From Leucoraja erinacea (taxonomy: Eukaryota), in the NCBI RefSeq assembly GCF_028641065.1, contig NC_073386.1, positions 55,180,001-55,244,000 of the forward strand: a stretch of DNA of 64,000 nucleotides, written 5' to 3'. The translations under genes and the position numbers were made by a program. The notes beneath the pieces are model-generated. The model made no database searches, had not been told where the DNA came from, and saw only the letters and a list, made by a program, of their open reading frames with translations. Below, piece by piece: positions 25,311 to 36,790 of this stretch. The first letter of the stretch is position 1, and each line of letters opens with the position of its first letter.

Positions 25311-25719
25311 TATTTATATTACATCCCCTTCAAAATAAAAATGTAACTTCCTTTACTTTATTTGACTTTACCTTATTCTGCTGCATCCTGTGTTCATTAC
25401 ATAGTTAGTCTCTGTCCCTGGTTCAAAATATGCATTGATAGAGAGAGAAATACAGTTCTTAGCTCAAGTTGATTCATTTTCTTCAGAATTGAGGAAAGTT
25501 AGCAATTTATTGTGACAGTAAAGATTTTGCTGTTTTGATTTTCTCATTTATAAACTCAGCCATAAACTCGTCCAAAATGGAAAGTGGGCTTGTCCTGTTT
25601 AATAGGTACACAAAAATGCTGGAGAAACTCAGCGGGTGCAGCAGCATCTATGGAGCGAAGGAAATAGGCGACGTTTCGGGCCAAAACCCTTCTTATACTG
25701 CTCAAGATGTGAATGTGCA

Positions 25720-28700
25720 AAAATAGTAAGATTAAACGAGAACTTACCAGTTTGAAGTTTGATCTGTATTTTATGAGGAGTTACGATGAGGGATTACGTG
25801 AAGAACCCGCCTCAGCACGCATGCGCGGCATACTTCAAAGCAGCGGTGTGGAATCACAGATAGACACAGTTATTTGAAGTAAACATAGTAAAGACAAGGA
25901 GACATCAGTTTGCTAGTTTGACCCATATTAATGAGGGTGGGAGCGGAGGGCACGTAATCCCTCATCGTAACTCCTCATAAAATACAGATCAAACTTCAAA
26001 CTGGTAAGTTCTCGTTTAATCTTACTATTTTACTTCGGAGTCACGTGAGTGACTACGTGAAGATTTCAAAGCTCTGTGATTTCAAACCGTGTAACAGTTA
26101 TTACTACATCACTGCCGAAGTCTTTGAGGGAGGAAGTGTGTTATCGTAATCAACCAATGAATCTGTTTGTAGAAAAACACAATGGTATTTTTTACAATAA
26201 CAATGAAGAAATTTAAAATGCTCCCCTGGGCTTAATTTAAATATTTGCAGACTGGAATCTTTCCTGCAAATAAAACAGGTTTTGTCAACAGCTTATAATA
26301 TTTTTTTTCTGAACGTTTTACCCCCACCATTCTGCTGTAGCCAGGATGTGGTTTATAGGCACGTCCATTCTTTTTGCCGTTGACGTGGAAGCTTGTCCTG
26401 TGGAATGAACTTTGTACATGTTAGTTTTATCCCAGCAGCTTTAGTACCTGCTTGAGCCATCCCGAAATGGCTCGTTACCCGACCACAAGGTTTTTTGTGA
26501 CTGACCCACAAGGCTTTTCATCTCCCTCGAATATTTAGGTTGTGTCTATGTAGGATAATAGGGTCATGGCACATTACCGTGTTTTCTGGCGGGTAAGCCC
26601 GGATTCCACGACTGGATTAGGTGTTCCTGGTCTGGTTTGACCATTCCCTGGACAATGATAGAGATCTGGTCTGGAGCTATGAGCATGGTGTCCAGTTGCA
26701 ATAGGAGTAGTGACTGGACCCTCTGTGCAGCTCCAATTGCCATCAACATATGTGTTTAGAGCATAGATGGTTCAGGTTGAGGGAGCTGGCTGGTGGGCAT
26801 CCCCTGAGGTATGGCAGTACCACACTGTCATCCCATATATGGGTGTACCTGGTCTAGGGGTTTAGAGTTGTAATACCCTTCATAGATTTACCACCAGCCA
26901 GTGGGACCCCATGGCCTGTTGTCCTGGAGCTGTTTTGAAAAGACAGGCAGGGCAATTCTAGCTGTGTTGATGGTACTGTAGCCGAATCCTTCATCATGGT
27001 GAAGGTTCACCAGGAATTCCAGTACGTAGTAACTGTAGCGGTTGAGTAGGTTGTCCCTGTATCCATGCAGTACTTCTCTTGATGCTGGACAAGTGCTGTA
27101 GTCCAGTGGATGTTCAGAGGGATGCTGACATGGTGTCGACGGTTCGTTATGATAATCCCAGTCCCAGAAGTGGTTTGTGCAGAATCTGCAACCCAGGAGC
27201 TTGAATTTCCCATGGCACGGATGGCTTGTGCCCGACTCCGAGTGTTAATAATTCTGGGTCACTGGGGAATACCATCGAAGTTTCAACAACCATGTCATGG
27301 AGTATTGGGAACCATGGCTGCGTAGGCCAGTCGGGTACTATCAAAATACCCGAAGCAGAGTCCATTTGTACTGTGCGTAGTCCCCGACTGATGAGGCAGA
27401 AGGGAAGAAATACATAGAAAAATAATTTCCCCAATCCAGCGCGAACGCATTTGCTGCTGCTGCCTCAGGGTCTGGTTCCCAAGCGACATACATAGGACAT
27501 CAACCCAAACACCTGGTGATTTAGCGTTGATGCAAATAATCGATATCTGGCGTGTCATATAGCTTGATAGTTTTATTGAAACTTTTTTATAAAAACATCT
27601 AATCGATGTTGTCATTAAATTTATGTGACCTGGTGTCTGTCACTGTATTTAGCTTACCTGGCAGGTAAGTTGCTGATAGTCAAATACGTCTTTGGACACA
27701 CCATTGCCAAATTGTGTTGACCAACTTGTCGCATGATACCGACTTTATGCCGCCCATATGGTTAATGTAGGCCACCACCGTAGTATAGTTTATTTATAAC
27801 CGTACATGCAAGTGCTTTAAAGCCATAAAATTCACCCAAACATTTTTAGATAATTAATGCCCAGTGTAAGTGGTAACCCCACCACTGTCTTTCTGATATT
27901 ACTTCAGTGGGTAACTTCATGAGACGCTCAATGACGACCTGTATGTCGTTTTTGATACTAAGGTCCGAATTATGTAGCCAGAAATGCTACCATTTTCCCA
28001 ATTACTCTGTTACTTGTCGAGTAGTTGGTAGTTTGTTGACCATTAATTTGTTGCATGTTTGTGCCAATTCAACTATGTTGGCTCTTGGCAACATTATAGT
28101 CACACAGACTGAATTAATTATGAAGCCCAAGATAGTCCAAGAAAGAGCTCTATATGCTGGTAGGAACCAGATCCACCAACCTCCATGGCGATTCTGTTTT
28201 TTCATTTTCCTGAATGTTCTGTTCTGACGACGTGCTGGCGATGTTGGGGGGAGGCGCATTTTCCAGGGGGTCCGCTGCGGGCCCTGATCTAAAAAAGATC
28301 TTTGGGGATAATGTGCGGCCCCAAGCGTTCACCAGTCCCATATTCCGGACGTCGACTGGTGGATGCCGTGGGGTGCTGCCGCTTGGGTATCGGAGGTCTT
28401 GGTTTGCTCGTCCCGGGGCCTGCCCTCATTAGGCCGAAGGTTTTTGATGCCTCATCCATCTCCTTCAGCTTTATTAAGATCTTTCCCAAATAGCAGTGAG
28501 TCAGCCTCCGCAGCTGGGGCTTTACACAAGCCAGCAAATTTGGGATTGAGGGCAGGTCTTATGATTTCCCTCCGGAGATTGTTGATCTCGAATTGTGTGG
28601 TACACATTAATGCCAGCACATCCTGCTGGCATGTATTCATCTCCGTCGTCTCCACGGAACGAGCAAAGGCTGTGATGGCTGACGTCAGGAGCCTTAGGAT

Positions 28701-30330
28701 CCGCTGTAGCTTGAGTTCTTGGGTCCGGATGTGTGCCCCCACATGCCCCCGGATTAGGCTGTTGAAACTTTTTACTTTGAGGGCCTCACAGTTTTCTGGT
28801 GCTGTGGTTAATACTGGCTGCCATTTTTGGCTCCAGCGGTGTTCCAGCCCGTGGGGTTGCTACAAAACGGTCCATCACACCCAACAGCTGTTCCTGTTCC
28901 TGCACCCCTAGCATACTCCCGAGTTTGTCCGCCTGCCCCTGTTCCAGACCAGCCCTGCCCTGGTCACCAATGCTAGCCTCCTGGTATGAGGGAGCAAAGG
29001 GCAGTGCACAAGACACTGTGGAGGAGGTACCTGTCCTTTGTCCCCGGGAGCGCTGCTGTTCCCGGTGGACCATCTCCTCCAGGAGCTGCTGAATGCAGCT
29101 CAGGCGGCTGTCTCTCCTCCGCTTTGGTGGAGACATGTCCCCCTCCGACGAATCGGAGATGACCGGCCGATTGGTCTTCCTGGCCGCTTTCCCAGTCCGC
29201 CGTGCAGGCTCTGGCGAGACTGGGCTTGGCTCGGTCTCGGGGATAGCGAACCGCTCTGAGAGCGACGCTGCCGCCGGTTGCTGCCCCGCTGGTAGAGTTG
29301 GAGCGGGGCAGTTTCTCTTTGAGAGTTTTCTGCGTTGTGACATGTTTTCTGAAAGCCTGCAAAACACAACTGCAACTCTCCTCTGTTATTCCAATGCCCA
29401 AGAGCCGCTCCTGCAGCTCAGGCGGCTGTCTCTCCCCCTCCTGGGTGGAGAGACGTCCCCGTCCGATGTCGGAACCACCGGCCGGTTCTTGCATATACAT
29501 CCAGCCCGCTGCTCAGGCGCTAGCGGGGCTGGGCTCGGTCGCGGTGTCGGGGTAGCGGACCGCCCGGTAAGCGGTCCTACCGCCTGTTGCTGTCCCCGCA
29601 ATGAGACGCTCCTCCGTGGTCGAGCGGGCAGGTGCAGGCGGCTGTCTTTCTACCTGGGGGTGGAAAAAACGTCCCGTCCTTCGAGTCGGAACCACCGGCC
29701 CGACGCCTCCGTGGCGTTCTTCCCAGCCCGCGCTGCTGACGGGATGGCCTTGGCGCAGTGTCGGGAGCGGAGCGCTGGTTAGCGGTCCTGCCGCGGTGAT
29801 GCTTCCCCCTGCGATGGAACGGTCTTCCGTGGAGTCGAGCGGGGGCAGGACTGCACCGTTGTTGCCCCCTGGATGAAGGTGAGTCGTGCGGGGACAGGTC
29901 TCCCTCGTTGCTGCCCCCGCGAGAATGGGCTCGAGCGGGGACAGGTCTCTCTCTCACCGTTGCCGCCCCTGTGTGGAGTGGCACCGGCACCGGCACAGCT
30001 CCCTGTCCGTGGACCGCAGCGTGTGCGGTCCTGGTGGCGTCTTTCCCCCCCTTCCGCGAACGGAACAATCCTTCCCCGGAGTCCAAGGGGGCCGCTTGCG
30101 TGTGGAGTGGCACCGGCACAGCTCCCTGTCCATGGACCGCAGTCCTACGGGGAACAAACAGACGCGAGGGGCTGTTAGAGTGAAGGTAGTAATTACCTAA
30201 AGCTTCGTCTTTCAGGTTGTAGCGGGAGCCCTGACTCCCGCCTGCCGCTGTTGCCTGCTGAATCGTAATGCCGCGCATGCGTGCTGAGGCGGGTTCTTCA
30301 CGTAGTCGCTCACGTGACTCCGAAGTAAAA
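25720..30330 (-). mobile_element. DIRS1-type tyrosine-recombinase retrotransposon (decayed ORFs, intact termini)
   Basis: TTT termini; ITR 30268-30302 vs 25797-25831; ICR 25951-26063; gag-like (LLFGKDL), RT/RNaseH (ILGFIINS), MT-like (ILIVPDWPTQPWFP) and YR remnants (AQRVQSL, VHST..ASTS). Confidence 0.88.
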
Positions 30331-30477
30331 TCATTATTTTATTTGGCTTTTGGACAAATTTACAATTATTTTAATGGAAATTAGTCTGATTTGGTGTCAA
30401 ACATGGATTCATTCACTTTCTTGTTTTTACTTGTTCCTCAACTGCCTCTAGAATTCCTTGCAAAATGTTATTCAAAG

Positions 30478-31334
30478 AAAAACTGCTGACTGGACCCCCC
30501 TACGACACTGTCTCCAACACGTTACAACAACCTACCACCTAGTCGACATCAAGCTACTGCAAGCTACCAGCAACCGGCGACCCTTTAGGAAGTCCATCTA
30601 CGACCACACCTACGACAACCTACGTCCACCCGCGACAAGCTACGACCCTGTCGGCGACAACTGAAGACAACGTCAGCCAATTCAATCGCCAGTACCTGTC
30701 GCCGGTTGACGAAGGTTGACGTAGGCAGTCGCCAATGGAATTCACCGAAGTCAGCACCCGGCAACAACCTGCGTCACCTGGCGACAACCTGCGTTACCTG
30801 GCGACAAACTGCGTGATCATGGTGACAACCTACGACAGCACCTACGTCAGGAGACAGCACCTAAGTCAAGCTACGCTCATTGACATCAAGCCCACTGTCG
30901 CCCACTGTCGCCGAAAATTTTTGAACATTTCTAAATCCAGCGGGGACCAGAAAAATCTCTACAATTCTTTGGGCGACTGAGGAGACGACTCACGACCATA
31001 CAGGCGACACCCTGGCGACTATGTGGCGACAGCCTAGTCCCCTATAGTCATGTGAAAAATCGCCTCGGGCCTGTCCCACTTAGGCGATTTTTTAGGCGAC
31101 TACAGTCGACTGCCGAAAATTTTTTAACATGTTGAAAAATTTTCAGTGAGAGTGGCGACAATTTGGGCTGTCATAGATTGTCGTAGCTTGTTGTAGGGGC
31201 TGTCATAGGTGCTGCCGTAGCTTGTCGCCAGGTTAACGTAGCTTGTCGCCAAGTGACGTAGGTTGTTGCCGGGTGCTGACATTGTCCTTGTCACTGGCAG
31301 TCGCCTAGAAAAATAACCTAAGTGTGACAGGCCC
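30478..31334. mobile_element. Two adjacent Harbinger-like MITEs (30478-31066 truncated; 31067-31334 with both TIRs)
   Basis: TIRs GGGCCTGTCCCACTTAGG / CCTAAGTGTGACAGGCCC; homology to 2050-2540. Confidence 0.6.
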
Positions 31335-31346
31335 TTTACTGAAATA

Positions 31347-32273
31347 CAGTGGGACAGGCCCAGTGTGACAGGCCCAGTGTGACAGGCCCAGTGTGACAGG
31401 CCCAGTGGGCAGGCCCAGTGTGACAGGCCCAGTGTGACAGGCCCAGTGTGACAGGCCCAGTGTGACAGGCCCAGTGTGACAGGCCCAGTGGGCAGGCCCA
31501 GTGTGACAGGCCCAATGTGACAGGCCCAGTGGGACAGGCCCAGTGTGACAGGCCCAGTGTGACAGGCCCAGTGTGGCAGGGCCAGTGGGACAGGCCCAGT
31601 GTGACAGGCCCAGTGTGACAAGCCCAGTGTGACAGGCCCAGTGTGACAGGCCCAGTGGGACAGGCCCAGTGTGACAGGCCCAGTGTGACAGGCCCAGTGG
31701 GACAGGCCCAGTGTAACAGGCCCAGTGTAACAGGCCCAGTGTAACAGGCCCAGTGGGCAGGCCCAGTGTGACAGGCCCAGTGTGACAGCTCTGTGTGACA
31801 GGCCCAGTGGGCCGGCCCAGTGTGACAGGCCCAGTGGGCAGGCCCAGTGTGACAGGCCCAGTGTGACAGGCTCAGTGTGACAGGCTCAGTGTGACAGGCC
31901 CAGTGGGCAGGCTCAGTGTGACAGGCCCAGTGTGACAGGCCCAGTGTGACAGGCCCAGTGTGCCAGGCTCAGTGTGACAGGCCCAGTGTGACAGGCCCAG
32001 TGTGACAGGCCCAGTGGGACAGGCCCAGTGTGACAGGCCCAGTGGGACAGGCCCAGTGGGACAGGCCCAGTGGGACAGGCCCAGTGTGACAGGCCCAGTG
32101 GGACAGGCCCAGTGGACAGGCCCAGTGTGACAGGCCCAGGGGACAGGCCCAGTGACAAGCCCAGTGTGACAGGCCCAGTGTGACAGGCCCAGTGGGCAGG
32201 CCCAGTGTGACAGGCTCAGTGTGACAGGCCCAGTGTGACAGGCCCAGTGTGACAGGCCCAGTGTGACAGGCCC
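31347..32273. repeat. 14-bp minisatellite (CAGTGTGACAGGCC)n, ~66 units
   Basis: Read directly; variants CAGTGGGACAGGCC and 13-bp CAGTGGGCAGGCC. Confidence 0.95.
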
Positions 32274-33039
32274 TTTACTGAAATACAGAGGATTGTTCAC
32301 TATGAAAGGTTTGGCAGTAACTCTGCATTCTGCTGCTTCATAGAACAAAATCATTTCCGAAAGAACAGGATGTCTACTTTGCTGTTACAGCTGATATGTT
32401 CCACTTAGCATTCAACTCCCTGTTGCCATAATTGTTATTGTGTGATTTGGTTTCAAAGAATCACTTTTTGCAAAAGCTTCTTCGGAAAAGAAAGAAGTAA
32501 GGACACCGACTGGTTCGAGGCATACTTAGATGAAATGTCACTCATCATTGAAGCCATAGGTCCAACCATGTCCAAAATTGCTTCTCTGAAATCTGCAGAC
32601 CTGACCATCATCACTGGCAAAAACAAGCAGGTGGATCACTGTGTCGAACATCATTCTCAGCCACATTCATGCTAGGCTGACATCTCCTCTGCAACTCTTG
32701 ATGCTCTCCCTCAGGTGCCAGCAAACCCGAGTGCTCAGTTGCCGGAAACAGGCCCTTCGGCCCATTGTTTAATGAAGAGCCTGAACTCTGAATATGCAGA
32801 CACATACTGCAGCTCACCTACAAAATATTGGGGTGACATTGGTTCTTGAGTGGAAGTTGTGAAGGTTGATAGTTTTTCATCAGCCCGGTGGATTAGTAAC
32901 ATTCCAGTGGAATGCTTATTGTTTGCCCCTCTGATTCCATGCCCTCCCATCTGCTTTGGAGACTTGGACTGACCACAGCCGCCATCTCAAAGCACTGGTG
33001 AGGGACCACTAAAAATGGCTCACAAAAATCTTCCAATGA

Positions 33040-33575
33040 ACAGTTTTGGGCCTCATATCTGAGGAAGGATGTGTTGACTTTGGAGAGGGTCCGGAGGAGA
33101 ACAATCCCATGGATATTCGGGTTAACAGAGAAGGTGTGTTTGAAGGCTCTGGGCCTATACATGCTGAAGTTTAGATGGATGAGGAGGGATCTCATGGAAA
33201 CCCACTGAATAGTGAAAGGCCTAGATTGAGTGGATGTGGAGAGGATGTTTCCAGTAATGGGAGAATCTAGAAGCAGTTGGGGAACAGCCTCAGAATAAAA
33301 GGATGTTCCTTCTAAATGGAGTTGAGGAGGAATTTCTTTAGCCAAAGGGTGGTGAATCTGTGGAATTAATTGCCACAGATGGTTGTGGAGGACAAGTCAT
33401 TGGGTATTTTTAAGGCAGAGATTAATAGGTTCTTGATTACGGAAGGCGTCAAAGGTTATGGAGAGAACACAGGAGAATGGGGTTCAGAGGGAAAAAATAG
33501 ATCAGCCATGATTAAATGGCAGAGGAGACTCAATGGGCTGAATGGCCTAATTTTGTCTCTATGGTTTTGTGGTTT
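33040..33575 (+). mobile_element. Old CR1 3' fragment
   Basis: TTTAGCCAAAGGGTGGTGAATCTGTGGAAT; MPQMVVEDKSLGIFKAEINRFL. Confidence 0.7.
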
Positions 33576-34239
33576 TAATCTATCGGAAGGTAAAGCCAAT
33601 TATTGTCTACTCTCAGTATTTTTGGTATTGTGGTCCAAGGTACACCTAGTCTGCTCCATCAGATAGACCACATTGTACAGAAGCCTGACAATACACTCTC
33701 AAAACAGATTATAAATTCTAAGCTCCGTCATAGTAAGAGACACTGAGTTACACAAAGGTTCAGGGATAGTTTTCAAACGTGCTTGAAAGGATGTCACATT
33801 TCCACTGATTCCTGGGAATACCTGGTCCATTAGTGCTCAAGGTGGAGGGGATTCCAGATGATCATATAATCCTTGAGCCCATGTGTTGGGAGCTTCTAGG
33901 AGCCCAACATAAATGATGGATAGAGCACATCACCTCTGACGCTACACACTCGCTGGTCCCATTGATCCAGAGTTGCTGCCTGATCCAGGGTTGGTGTCGG
34001 TTCCTTTAAATGCACTCTGACCCATAGGTACATTTACGTTAATCTCTCCAACACCCCATTCTATTCTTATCAATATGTCACAGATCGTCACTGTGATCGT
34101 TACCATGCTGAAACCTCACTCCAGGATACTAGACTTGGTTTAGAGGTTTGTTATTACTATCCTAATAGCCAGCTCTTCTGCCTCCTATAGAGGCCTAAGT
34201 TGCCATGAGATTCGACCCACTGTTTCTTACTTCGTTTTT

Positions 34240-34515
34240 TTAGTTTAGAGAGATACAGCATGGAAAGAGGCCCTTCGGCCCACCGAGTCCGTGCTAACCA
34301 ATGATCATCCATACACCAGTTCTATCCTCTACGCTAGGGGCAATTAATCTACAAACCTGCACATCCCTAGGACATGGGAAGAAACTGGAGCACATGGGGA
34401 AAACCCGTGCGGTCACAGGGAGAGCGTACAATCTCCGCACAAACAGCACCCATAGTGAGGATCGAACCTGGGTCTCAGGTGCTGTATGGCAACAACTCTA
34501 CTGCTGAGCCACTGC
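34240..34515 (-). mobile_element. V-SINE (HE1-like), reverse orientation
   Basis: Reverse-complement similarity to 25008-25310. Confidence 0.65.
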
Positions 34516-35434
34516 ATAACGTTGAGCTTTCCTTTACTAGTGGAGATGGTCACACCATGCATTAATATTTTGTAGTCATCGTCTCATTAACATTCTACCC
34601 TGTCCCAACCTCTTTGTTTCATCTAAGAATGAAGGGAGGGGTAGTCCGTGTGCCTTGGCTCCACCATCAATTTGATGTTGACCTCAAATGCATTTTACCG
34701 CCCATTCCCCATAACCCATGACTCTTGTATAGTACAAAAATATCAACATTAAGCTTGAATATATTCAAAGACGGTCTCCAAAGATTCACAACATTCTGAG
34801 AGCTAAAATCCCTCCTTATCTCACACGTACTTGTCTGACCCACTATTCCTGGCTGGTGATCCGGGGAATAATCTTCAGTGTGGAAATAAACACTATCCAA
34901 CTAGTCTAAATAAACACAAAGATCTCAAAACAACTCTACTCCTCAAATGTTTCCACCCTGTGGTACTTCATAATCTTTGAAATTGCATTATCAAACCATT
35001 ACTTTATTTTCTGTTTCCTTCTCCCATACTCTTTTTTTTAAATCATTGGTGATATCCTATATACAGGGCCTTTGACCTATATGTGTTAGTAACTCATTTT
35101 AAATGATAAGAATTTTAAAGACAGTCATTTTGGTCTAATTGATATTCTATATCACAATTTCTTTGGGATACCGGGTTCCCAAGAGGTTGTGCAGCTCGTA
35201 TAGTTTATTTTTTCTGCAGCTCAAAAGTGTTTGTTAAATCAAAGTTGCTCTCCATATATTAAATTTCATAAACGTAGAAGATTTAGAAAGCTAAACTCTA
35301 AACAAATAAACTTGTCACATTTACAGTAAGTGCTTTGACTGAACCTATAGAGTAACATTGCTGTGATTATATTTAAATCTCAGACCATCAGGATTCACAG
35401 ACTATCATGAGAAAGAGCTCAGATAATTATACAG

Positions 35435-35440
35435 TTTATT
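35435..35440 (-). terminator. Candidate polyadenylation signal (AATAAA) for copy A
   Basis: AATAAA on minus strand ~1.2 kb after the stop, in AT-rich non-repetitive sequence; other candidates exist (e.g. 35204-35209). Confidence 0.35.
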
Positions 35441-36623
35441 AAAACCCGCAACATTAGTCAATATAATCAGTAGTACAAGTGTCCACACAAGTTCTCAGAT
35501 ATTCACTCGCTTTTAGAACCAGCCAAATCATTCATTCTAGACATGCAATCTTTCCTGGACTGACAGCATTGCAAAATGTACTGGAACTGGACTTTGTTTA
35601 AAATTATTGCAAATGTCACTGAAATTCCTGGTTTTAACGTTGGAAACTTATTATTCTCAAATGTTGACAACAGTAAAGTTGACAATATTATATTCTAATT
35701 GTGAAAAATCTTTGCTAATATTTTAAATTACTTAATTTGAGAGGTGTATTCAGTCAAAACATAAATAATATTGTAATTAATTTGTTTAATCTGTTCTTGA
35801 AGGCTTTGACATTAGGTGAAAAAATGATTGAAATAACATGTGGGGACAGTAATTGACTTTAACAATAGTTTAGTTCAATGAGTACAATTCATTTGGTTTG
35901 GATTTCCAGTTCCAGCTTCAGAAAACGGAGTCACTGATCAATAGTCCTCAGCTGAGAGTTCAGTACCTAAACCAGCACACAGTTCCGAGATTCAGCCACA
36001 ATGGAAGATGTCCCAGTTCAATGTGTAGGGAATGCATTGCAAAAGTGGTTCAAACGTTCTAGGAAGAATGCAGCAGCATTTAAAAAATATATATATACAG
36101 ATAATCACCAGCATCGCCGTAGGAGGTCAAATAATTGTTGATCCATAGACAGTAGAACAGTAAGTGTAAAGTGCCTTGCTCCTGGCTCACATATGGCCTC
36201 CCATTCCCCACAGGGGAAGGATGGGATCAAGTCCAGCACCATTTTGCATCTGAAAAAAATAGATCTGTTTCACTGAAGAATGCTAATAGTTTGAATTGTA
36301 CTTGGCACATGGGAGAGAGATATCGAAAATGCATTTTAGGCCAGAGAACTTTTTGAAGTGAATTGTTTGTGCACTATTTCCTTAGCACAGTACTATTCCT
36401 CACAAGAACACCAGCAAATTCAAATTACAGAGAATTATATACAATAAAGTGCCCTAAGTTTGTCTACTGTACACTTTTTAGATAGCAGCTGTTGGTAATA
36501 TTTTGAATCGTGTTATAACCCAACACCTTCATTTCCCAACTCCCTGCCCCTAGCAGCACAGTCCCAGAGATTGATCGGTGCTAGAAGTGTGAATGTCCAT
36601 TCCTTTGATCCTTTGTTTACACT

Positions 36624-36790
36624 TCACAGTATCTCTCCTGCTATATTGTAAGATTCTTTCAAGCTTCTGCGAAAGGCATAAAACAGAGCAGTAAATATCA
36701 GTCCTGCTGATGCAAGTGCGGCTCCTGTGCATAATGTTTCCAGAACACCCGGAGGAATCTCGGCAGGAGTTGCGATATCAGTTATTTTTT
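36624..36790 (-). CDS. VCAM1: Copy A terminal exon: stalk, transmembrane helix, cytoplasmic tail (EKITDIATPAEIPPGVLETLCTGAALASAGLIFTALFYAFRRSLKESYNIAGEIL*)
   Basis: Polypyrimidine acceptor TCTGTCTTTTTTCAG|, phase 1, ~21-aa hydrophobic segment followed by RR, KESYNI resembles VCAM1 KGSYSL, TGA at 36624-36626. Not in the ORF track. Confidence 0.85.

Noticed and set aside
28786-30278. Long GC-rich overlapping ORFs
   Set aside because: Lie inside the DIRS element's 5'/gag region; not a host gene
31124-32354. Cys/His-rich repetitive ORFs (HWACHTGPVTLGLS)n and CRISPR-like look
   Set aside because: Translation of a 14-bp minisatellite; no unique spacers, no cas genes, vertebrate context
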